From assembly GCA_964291235.2 (NCBI GenBank), contig OZ219816.1, forward strand, positions 1,952,001-2,016,000: a DNA stretch of 64,000 nt, written 5' to 3'. The translations under genes were made by a program, and so were the position numbers. Origin of the DNA: Vicinamibacteria bacterium (GTDB taxonomy: Bacteria > Acidobacteriota > Vicinamibacteria > Marinacidobacterales > Marinacidobacteraceae). Under the pieces are notes generated by a model. That model made no database searches. It worked only from the letters and a program-made list of their open reading frames with translations, and was not told the origin of the DNA. This document shows positions 56,746-64,000 of this stretch, piece after piece (position 1 is the first letter of the stretch; each line of letters starts with the position of its first letter).

Positions 56746-58728
56746 TCAGCAACCCACGCAGCGGTTGTTGTTCTTGGCCCCGTAACCCTCGAGGAGCGCG
56801 ATGGTTTCCGGGAAGGGGTTGATCCGCTGCGCCGGGCCGTTCGCCAGATCCACGGTGGTCTGCCCGGTCCGGGCGACCGCCAGCGGATCGGCGCCCTTGG
56901 AGATGAGGTAGAGGATCATCTCGTTGTCGCCCCGGGAGGCCGCGTGGTGGATCACGTTGTAGCCGTTGTGGTCGCGGGCATCCGGATCGGCGCCCAGTTC
57001 CTCCACGAGGTACTTGACCGCCGGCAGCCACGCGTCCGGCGCGTGCCGATGCGAGTTCGCCGCCAGTCCAAGCCCGTAGCCCACCCCGGCAGCGGCGTGG
57101 ATCGGATGGACCCCCGGGCCCCCGTAGGGAACCTCGGGGAGGCCCGAAGGATCCTCCTCGGGTTCTTCCGCCGTCAGATCGGTCAGCCGGCGAAGGACCC
57201 GCTCCGGCACCTTCTGCGTCGGGATGTGCGGGTCCGCCCCGCGCGCGACCAGCATCTTCATCACTGGAATGTCGAGCGCATAGGCCGCGCGCCAGAACGC
57301 TGTCGCACCGGCCCGGTTCACGCCGAGCTGGTCCGTGTTGTAGGTGGTGTACCACTGCTTCCGTTCCAGCCGGGCATCGATTTCCGCACCGGCGTCGAGG
57401 AGAGCTTCCATGAACTCGATGTGCGAGGTCTCCTGCCGGAGGTGATCCGCGGGCTGCGGATGGAACGGCTGGGCGATCCAGCGAGAGTTGATCGCGCCGT
57501 AGAGCGGCGCCCCGCCGGAGACGTTCGTCAGGTTCGGATCCGCGCCGCGCTCCAGCAGCTCCATTCCGATGTCGTAGTGGCCGTTGATGGCCGCCATCAG
57601 GAGCGGCGTGGTGCGGTGCCCCTCGGCCCGCTGGTTGACGTCGGCCCCGCCGTCCACGAGGGCGACGGCGGTTTCCAGATGCCCGTCACGAGCGGCAAGC
57701 AGTAGCGCGGTGAGGCCCCCGTGCGTACCCACGAGTTCCGCATAACGAAGTGGCTGCAGGCGGTCGCGATTCCGCGCCCGCGCCGCTCTCCGCTTCTTCG
57801 CTTCTTCGATGGCCTTGGCCCGGGCCAGTTCATCCTCGGGGTGGCCGTGGGCCGCGGCGTGCTCGTCCTCCTCCGCGGCGACTTCTTCCGCCGTCGGCTT
57901 CTTCAGGTCGGCGAGGTCGGCGGAACCGCCGGTGGACGCAGTCAACGGCGCTTCCTCAGTGCGGCCCTTCTCCTTCGCCGCCTTGGCAGCTGCCGCGCGC
58001 GCCCGGCGCTGAGCCGCCTTCGCCCGCTTGTCCCGTTCCCGCTCGTCGTAGATCACGTCCGCGCCGCCGCCCCGCTCACGGGCGATCCGCTGCTGCCGGG
58101 CGCGGCGGGCAATCAGATCCTGTTCGGCGCGGGCGGCGACATCGAGCACCGCGGCGGTGACCGCGGGATTCGCTCCGACTTCGAGGAGCGTCTCGACCGC
58201 GGCGGTGCGGCCAATGCCGGCCGCGAACATGAGCGGCGTCTGGCCCCACTGGGGCTCCACGGCGTCCACGTCCGCCCCGTGGCCAGCAAGCACGGTAACC
58301 GTCGCCGGGTCACCGGACGCCGCGGCGAAATGGATCGCGCGAGCACCGGTTTCGGTCGCTACCGCCACTGGGGCTCCGGCCGTCAGGAGGATTTCGGCGA
58401 CCTCCGCCTGTCCTGCCGCCGCCGCCACGTGAAGCGGCATGTGGCTTCCCAGGCGCGTCGTGGCGCGAATGTCCGCACCAGCGAAAATCAGGAGTTCGGC
58501 AACCTCGCGGTTTCCGTTCTTGGCCGCCCAGTGGAGGGCGGTGAACCCGTCACCCTGGGCCGCGTTCACGTCGGCGCCCGAGCGCAGCTCCGCTTTCAGA
58601 GCTTCCACGTCACCGCGCTTCGCGGCATCCAGCACCGGCGCCAGCCGGGCCGCATACCCGGCGCTCACCAGGATGCCGAGTGCGCAGCAAAGCGCAACCA
58701 AGCCAACCCATCGCTTTCCGATTTTCAT
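56746..58728 (-). CDS. Exported ankyrin-repeat protein (copy 1)
   Basis: Signal 'MKIGKRWVGLVALCC'; ankyrin repeats; C-terminal 'NNNRCVGC'. Confidence 0.9.
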   Translation of the reverse strand: MKIGKRWVGLVALCCALGILVSAGYAARLAPVLDAAKRGDVEALKAELRSGADVNAAQGDGFTALHWAAKNGNREVAELLIFAGADIRATTRLGSHMPLHVAAAAGQAEVAEILLTAGAPVAVATETGARAIHFAAASGDPATVTVLAGHGADVDAVEPQWGQTPLMFAAGIGRTAAVETLLEVGANPAVTAAVLDVAARAEQDLIARRARQQRIARERGGGADVIYDERERDKRAKAAQRRARAAAAKAAKEKGRTEEAPLTASTGGSADLADLKKPTAEEVAAEEDEHAAAHGHPEDELARAKAIEEAKKRRAARARNRDRLQPLRYAELVGTHGGLTALLLAARDGHLETAVALVDGGADVNQRAEGHRTTPLLMAAINGHYDIGMELLERGADPNLTNVSGGAPLYGAINSRWIAQPFHPQPADHLRQETSHIEFMEALLDAGAEIDARLERKQWYTTYNTDQLGVNRAGATAFWRAAYALDIPVMKMLVARGADPHIPTQKVPERVLRRLTDLTAEEPEEDPSGLPEVPYGGPGVHPIHAAAGVGYGLGLAANSHRHAPDAWLPAVKYLVEELGADPDARDHNGYNVIHHAASRGDNEMILYLISKGADPLAVARTGQTTVDLANGPAQRINPFPETIALLEGYGAKNNNRCVGC

Positions 58729-58779
58729 GGCCGTCCCTCTCCGTTTGTTGAAAGTCTTCGCCTCGGGATACCCCACCAC

Positions 58780-60168
58780 CTAGACCGCCTGCGACAGCGA
58801 GAAGGCGCCCGTGCTGTTCCCGAAGGTCTCCAGGTCATCCATCCCCAGCTTGTGCAGCAATGTGAGCATCACGTTCGCGAGTGGGGTCCCGGGCTGGGCC
58901 CGCAAGTGCAGGTTGTTCTCGAGCGCGCCGTTCGCACCGCCCGCCACGAAGAACGGAACCCGCTTGTGGTTGTGGATGTTCGGGTCCCCCATCGGAGACC
59001 CGTAGAGGATCATCGTCTTGTCGAGGAGTGTCCGATCCTCTTCCTGAATGCTCCGTAGCTTCTCCATGAAGTACGGAATCAGGCTCACGTGATACCGGTT
59101 GATCCGGCTCAGGATCTCGACGCGCTCCTCATCGTTCCCATGGTGCGACGCGGGGTGGAACGCCGTGGGCTCGCCGCTGTCCGGAAACACCCGGCTCGAC
59201 GCGTCCCGGCCCAGCTTGAAGCTGAACACCCGGGTCATGTCCGACTGGAAGGCCAGCGCCTGCAGGTCGAACATGATCTTCACGTGCTCGTCGAACGAAT
59301 CCGGCACCCCTGAAGGCGCGTCCGGAAGCTCCCGCATCGCCCCGCTGGTGTTCCGTTCCACGATCCGCTCGATCCGCCGCTCCATCTCCCGGATGTCCGT
59401 CAGGTAGCGGTCCATCCGGCGCACGTCCTGCGGGTCCAGCGCGGCCTGCAGGTCGCGAACCTCTTCGCCGATGAAATCCAGGACGCTCTGCCGCGCCGTC
59501 TGCCGGGCGATCCGGCCCTCCGGGGTACCTCCCGCGCCGAACAACTGGTCGAAAACGATCCGCGGATCCCGGGTCATCGGGAGCGGCTCCGTCGGCGATG
59601 CCCAACTGATGGTGTCGGTGTACACGCACGCGTATCCGTAAGCGCAGCCACCCGCCTGATCGACGGTTTCGATGCAGAGCTGCATCGAGGGGATCGGGGT
59701 GTTCTGGCCGAAGCGCCGCGCATACATCTGATCGAGCGAGGTTCCGGCGAAGACGTCGGATCCCTCCGTCTGCCGCGGATGGGAGGCGGTCAGGAACGTC
59801 GAACTCGAACGGAAATGGTCCCCGCCGATCTCCCGTGCGGTCTCGGCCTCCGCCGGCTCGTTGTCGCAGTCGCTCACGATCGTGACGTAGTCCCGGACCG
59901 ACTCGAGGGGACTGAGCGAACCCTTCGACAGGTCGAAGTCCGCGCCTTCCTTCTCCGGCGACCACAGATGCTGATCGCGGCCGTACTTGTTGCTGCCCGC
60001 CGCGCCGTGCACGATTTCCACCGCCACGAGCCGGGTCGGATCCTCGGCCGTCGGTTTGGCGATCACGCTCGCCGGAATCATCGCGTCCAGGAACGGCAAC
60101 GCGACCGTCGCCCCCGCTCCCCGCAGGAACGTGCGGCGTGGAAGGCTCTTACCGGTCAGGTAGTTCAT
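58780..60168 (-). CDS. DUF1552 (HXXSHH) Tat-exported protein (copy 1)
   Basis: RBS AAGGAG; Tat 'PRRTFLR'; 'FHPASHH'; near-identical to copy 2. Confidence 0.9.
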   Translation of the reverse strand: MNYLTGKSLPRRTFLRGAGATVALPFLDAMIPASVIAKPTAEDPTRLVAVEIVHGAAGSNKYGRDQHLWSPEKEGADFDLSKGSLSPLESVRDYVTIVSDCDNEPAEAETAREIGGDHFRSSSTFLTASHPRQTEGSDVFAGTSLDQMYARRFGQNTPIPSMQLCIETVDQAGGCAYGYACVYTDTISWASPTEPLPMTRDPRIVFDQLFGAGGTPEGRIARQTARQSVLDFIGEEVRDLQAALDPQDVRRMDRYLTDIREMERRIERIVERNTSGAMRELPDAPSGVPDSFDEHVKIMFDLQALAFQSDMTRVFSFKLGRDASSRVFPDSGEPTAFHPASHHGNDEERVEILSRINRYHVSLIPYFMEKLRSIQEEDRTLLDKTMILYGSPMGDPNIHNHKRVPFFVAGGANGALENNLHLRAQPGTPLANVMLTLLHKLGMDDLETFGNSTGAFSLSQAV

Positions 60169-60233
60169 TGCGGTCTCCTTGTGGTCAGTCTGACGTTGTC
60201 GGTTGGCTTCCCGTCGGTTTCGCTTCAGGACTC

Positions 60234-62771
60234 CTAGTGCTCCGCGGCGGCCGTCGTTTCGGTCTCGGCTTCGACCCGGCCCTTCATCTGGAAGGCCGGG
60301 CTCTTCGCCACCCCGAGAATGAACGCCGACATCCGGTAGTCGGATTCCTCCGCCTCCCGAACGATCTCCCGGATCCGCGGCTGGTCGTAGTACTCCACCC
60401 GCCGTCCTAGCGCGTACGCCATCAGGTTCTCGGTGAACGTCCGCAGCAACGGCGCCGGACGCTTCAGGAGCGCCTCCCGCAGGTCTCCGATGTCCCGGAT
60501 CGGGGTTCCGTCGTAGAACTCGCCCGACGCGTCGATCGGCTGGCCGGCATCCTTCACCCGGACCCGGCCGGTGACGTCGAACTGCTCGAGCGCCAGCCCG
60601 ATCGGGTCCATCATCCGGTGGCACGAGCGGCACGCCGGGTTGTCCCGGTGAATCTCCAGGGCCTGGCGCGCGGTGAGTTTCTTGACCGTCTCACCTGATT
60701 CCCCGGAATCGAGGTCCGGAACGTTGGGCGGCGGGGGCGGCGGCGGGCTCCCGAGCAGCACCTCCATCACCCACTTCCCGCGAAGCACCGCCGAGGTCCG
60801 GTAGGGATGCGACGTCAGCGTCAGCATGCTCCCGTGGGCGAAGATCCCGCGCCGGTTCGGATCCTGATACGCCACCATCCGGTGCTCCGGACCGGCGACC
60901 CCCTTCATCCCGTAGTGGTGCGCGAGCCGCTGGTTCACGAACGTGTAGTCGGCGGTGAAGAGATCGAAGACGCTTTTGTCCTCCGCCACCAGGTGGTGGA
61001 AGAAGCGCTCGGTCTCCTCGACCATCGCGGTCTTCAACTGCTGGTGGAAGTCCGGGTAGAGCCGCACGTTCGGGTTGATCTTCTTGAGATCCTGCAGCCG
61101 GAACCACTGGTAGGCGAAGCGTTTCGCCAGCGCTTCCGAGCGGGGGTCCGCCAGCATCCGGCGAACCTGCGTCTCGAACCCGGCGGGTTCCGACAACCGG
61201 CCGGCCTCGGCCGCATCCAGCAGCTCATCGTCGGGGATCGTCCCCCAGAGGAAGAACGAAAGCCGCGACGCCAGATCGATGTCCGTCAGCCGATAGCCGA
61301 ACTCGGCCTCCCGCGGATCCAGCGGTTCCTCGATCCGGAACACGAAGTTGGGACTCGCGAGGATTCCCTCGATCCCCATCCGGATCCCTTCCTCGAAGCC
61401 GACCCGCGAGACCCCCGCGTCATAGAGCGACATCAGCGAGTCGAGGTTGCGCTCGGTGAGACTGCGCCGATACGCAAGGCGCCCGATACGCGAAAGGATC
61501 TGCTCGGCGCAGGGACGCGCTTCGTCCGGCGAGAGCGGGCGGCAGGTGAAGATGGCCCGGCGGCTCGGCGTCTCGGACACCCCGGTCGCATCGAAAGGAC
61601 CGGTCATGAACAGATCCCGCAGGTGGGGCACGTTGTGGATGCCGTAGGTCCGGGAGGTCGCGGTGCTGGCAAGGGACCATTCGTGCGGAGAAATCAGGTC
61701 GAGGACCGGCCCCTCGTAGTGCTTCAGGAAGACCGCTGCCACCTTCCGCGGCCCGCCGCGCACGAAGACCGGTTCGGTCCGCAGGTTGACGCCGTCCGGG
61801 TCGGAAACGTGCATCCAGCGTCCCACGTCCACCAGCGCCACCCGTTCACCGTCAACGGAGATCTCGACCTGCTCCGGTTTGTCGAAGGTGTGGAGCGAAC
61901 TCGATCCCGAACCCACGATGGCGCCGGTGGTCTCGTGGTGGAAGGCAACCCGGAACCGGTACTCCCCATCCGCCGGAAAAACGTGGTCCACCACGATCCC
62001 GCCGCGCGTTCCGTAAGGGGCCCCTTCGACCTGATCCAGTTGTTCGGCCCAGCGGGACACGTGATAGCCGGATTCAGCCGCCACCGCGTCCGCGTCTCCG
62101 ACGGCGAGGTAGCTGATTTCACTCGCGGCGCGCAGGTAGGAATCCATGAGCGTCGCGGAGAGCAACTGGACGTCGGCGATGTTGTCGAAGTTGGCGCTGA
62201 TGGTGTCCTGCGGCAGGTACTGCGCGGCATCCAGCGGGAGATCGAGCAAGTCGCGGATCGCCGCGCTGTACTCGGAACGGTTCAGCCGCTGGAACGAACG
62301 GCGTCCGGGATTCGGGTTCTCGGCGGCGCTGAGGTCAAGCTGCGTCTCGAGGGACTCGGCAACTTCGGTGAGCATCTCCTCGCCCGGACGCCGCGCGCCC
62401 GGCGGCGGCATCATCCCGAGCCGGAGCTTCGAAACCATCTTCTCCGCGAGCGCCGGATTGGCCGGAGCGTCTCCGGCGTCGAAGCCGGCGAGCGACATGT
62501 TGCCCGTCTTCATCCGGTCGTTGTGGCAGACCATGCAGTAGGTCCGGAGCATCCCGTTGTGCGCCGCGGCGGTTTCCGCGTTCAAAGAGCCGGCTTCGGA
62601 GGCGGAAGCCGGACCCGAACTTTCCGGGGTCCAGGTGCGGGCGGAGGCGACCGTGGGAAGACCCGATCCGGCGGGCCCGGAGCCCGGCCGTTCTCCGGCG
62701 TTCGCCAACGGCGACAACACGAAGACGCCCGCGCTGAGGGACCACGCGGCGACGAAAGTGAGTAGGCGCAT
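60234..62771 (-). CDS. DUF1587/1592/1595/1588/1585 diheme c-type cytochrome-domain protein (copy 1)
   Basis: Start 'MRLLTFVAAW' signal; 'CMVCH', 'CRSCH'; same motifs as copy 2. Confidence 0.9.
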   Translation of the reverse strand: MRLLTFVAAWSLSAGVFVLSPLANAGERPGSGPAGSGLPTVASARTWTPESSGPASASEAGSLNAETAAAHNGMLRTYCMVCHNDRMKTGNMSLAGFDAGDAPANPALAEKMVSKLRLGMMPPPGARRPGEEMLTEVAESLETQLDLSAAENPNPGRRSFQRLNRSEYSAAIRDLLDLPLDAAQYLPQDTISANFDNIADVQLLSATLMDSYLRAASEISYLAVGDADAVAAESGYHVSRWAEQLDQVEGAPYGTRGGIVVDHVFPADGEYRFRVAFHHETTGAIVGSGSSSLHTFDKPEQVEISVDGERVALVDVGRWMHVSDPDGVNLRTEPVFVRGGPRKVAAVFLKHYEGPVLDLISPHEWSLASTATSRTYGIHNVPHLRDLFMTGPFDATGVSETPSRRAIFTCRPLSPDEARPCAEQILSRIGRLAYRRSLTERNLDSLMSLYDAGVSRVGFEEGIRMGIEGILASPNFVFRIEEPLDPREAEFGYRLTDIDLASRLSFFLWGTIPDDELLDAAEAGRLSEPAGFETQVRRMLADPRSEALAKRFAYQWFRLQDLKKINPNVRLYPDFHQQLKTAMVEETERFFHHLVAEDKSVFDLFTADYTFVNQRLAHHYGMKGVAGPEHRMVAYQDPNRRGIFAHGSMLTLTSHPYRTSAVLRGKWVMEVLLGSPPPPPPPNVPDLDSGESGETVKKLTARQALEIHRDNPACRSCHRMMDPIGLALEQFDVTGRVRVKDAGQPIDASGEFYDGTPIRDIGDLREALLKRPAPLLRTFTENLMAYALGRRVEYYDQPRIREIVREAEESDYRMSAFILGVAKSPAFQMKGRVEAETETTAAAEH

Positions 62772-62838
62772 GGGACGTTTTGCCGGACGTCGCAGGGCAG
62801 CTTTTCCGCCCCCCAAGACGCTCCAGTGCAATTGGAAA

Positions 62839-62867
62839 AGGATAGTCCCGAGCGCGCCTGCTTGCAA
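62839..62867 (-). promoter_or_regulatory. Sigma70-type promoter of the duplicated operon
   Basis: Minus strand TTGCAA-N17-TATCCT, 68 bp upstream of ATG 62771. Confidence 0.6.
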
Positions 62868-63075
62868 GGAGTCGGAGTCCGTGTCCGAGGAGCGCTGCGT
62901 TGAGGTGTCACAGGTCCCCGAACACGAGCAGGATCCGGCCCCTTGCAGCCCGCGCGGCCGTCCCGCGGTCCACGCTGCGGGGTTGCCTCCGGAGGACTCT
63001 CGGAGGTTCCCGGACGCCGGACGCCCGGCCCGGCCCCGGCCGGCCGGCCGATGGCACCGCGGCCGCGCTCGCCGA

Positions 63076-63891
63076 TCAGGCGTCGAGATCGCAGAGGACC
63101 GGCGCGTGGTCCGAGGGAACGTCGTCTCCCTTCTTCTGACGCCGCTCATCCCGGTCCACCCGCACTCCGCCGATCCGCCCGATCAGCGGGGCCGTCAGGT
63201 AGATGTGGTCGATGCGGGCGCCCACGTTCCGGGCGAACGCCAGGCGGGTGTAGTCCCACCACGTGTAGAGGCCCTTCTCGGGCTCCTCCCCTTCGGCATA
63301 GACCCGCCGATACGCGTCCGCGAGCCCCCAGGCGACAAGGTCGGCGAGAGCGGCGCGGGCGTCCGGATGACAGAGCACCCCACCCGGGTCCGCGGTCGCG
63401 GAATCGCGGTCGGTAGGCGCCACGTTGAAGTCCCCGCAGAGCACGAGCGGCTCCGAGGGATCGGCGTTCGTTGCGAGGTGGTCGCGGAGGGCTCGCAGCC
63501 ACTCCAGCTTGTACTTCCAGTCCTCGACCCGGGTCACCGCCTTTCCGTTCGGAACATACGCGGTGATGACCCGAGCGCCTGCGATCCGGACATCCAGCAG
63601 CCGGGCCTCACCCCGCGACCGGCAGGGGGGCAGGCCGCGCGCCAGCACCTCGGGCGACTCGCGCGCCAGCACCGCCACCCCGTTTCGCGCGGCCTGGGCG
63701 TGGACCACCGCACGGTAGCCGGCCGCCTCGACGTCCAGCCAGGGAAAGGTCTCCGCGGGGGCGCGAAGCTCCTGCAGGCACAGGACGTCGGGTTCGTGCC
63801 GCTCCAGGAGCCGCAGCAGGCGAGCCCGGCGGGTGCGGATCGAATTCAGGTTCCAGGTGATAACGCGCAAGGACGAAGCGGGCCGGATCAT
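63076..63891 (-). CDS. xth: Exodeoxyribonuclease III / AP endonuclease
   Basis: 'ITWNLNSIR', 'LCLQE', 'NGVAVL', 'YVPNG', 'GDFNVAP', 'YTWWDY', 'RIDH', 'PSDHAPV'; true start may be TTG 63870. Confidence 0.93.
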   Translation of the reverse strand: MIRPASSLRVITWNLNSIRTRRARLLRLLERHEPDVLCLQELRAPAETFPWLDVEAAGYRAVVHAQAARNGVAVLARESPEVLARGLPPCRSRGEARLLDVRIAGARVITAYVPNGKAVTRVEDWKYKLEWLRALRDHLATNADPSEPLVLCGDFNVAPTDRDSATADPGGVLCHPDARAALADLVAWGLADAYRRVYAEGEEPEKGLYTWWDYTRLAFARNVGARIDHIYLTAPLIGRIGGVRVDRDERRQKKGDDVPSDHAPVLCDLDA

Positions 63892-63930
63892 ATGCGGGCG
63901 AAGCCCCTACACTTCGTCCCCTTCCCCGGC

Positions 63931-64000
63931 ATGAATTCGTTCTTCCCGATGCGGCGTCCGGAACGCATCGCACTCTTCGTCCTGATTCTCTTTTCGACGA
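63931..64000 (+). CDS. Possible start of a signal-peptide-bearing gene running off the window
   Basis: 'MNSFFPMRRPERIALFVLILFST' open to the edge; TACACT -10-like hexamer upstream. Confidence 0.35.
   Translation, partial: MNSFFPMRRPERIALFVLILFST

Noticed and set aside
50679-58728. Ankyrin genes as eukaryote-like symbiosis effectors
   Set aside because: Their fixed operon position after DUF1552 in both copies and the Sec signals favour a role in the triad; no secretion-system genes are nearby.

Overview
High-GC bacterial chromosomal window with about 50 genes. The gene content (Tat/Sec-exported DUF1501/DUF1553 and DUF1552/DUF1592 pairs, secreted amidohydrolases, ankyrin proteins) suggests Acidobacteriota or a similar lineage; this is inference. 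Housekeeping and transport genes: lepA-hemW, metG, xth, an Fe3+ ABC transporter, a Liv-type ABC transporter with two acyl-CoA ligases, several secondary transporters and a cofE-npdG (F420) pair. I found no rRNA, tRNA or CRISPR array. The most interesting content: (i) a 13-kb tandem duplication of a three-gene exported module (diheme DUF1592-type protein, Tat-exported HXXSHH/DUF1552 protein, ankyrin protein ending in CxxC), with an internal promoter, a structured leader and a shared spacer motif; (ii) a second heme-protein/Tat-protein module (DUF1549/1553 + DUF1501) co-transcribed with an FGE-fold protein and a Tat-signal ICL/PEP-mutase-fold enzyme lacking the catalytic Cys; (iii) a 241-bp MITE-like element and a dispersed 17-mer motif; (iv) a small foreign-looking islet at about 8.7-10.0 kb; (v) several enzymes with altered catalytic residues and one frameshifted MFS gene. 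All family calls come from motif recognition by eye; no database searches were run.
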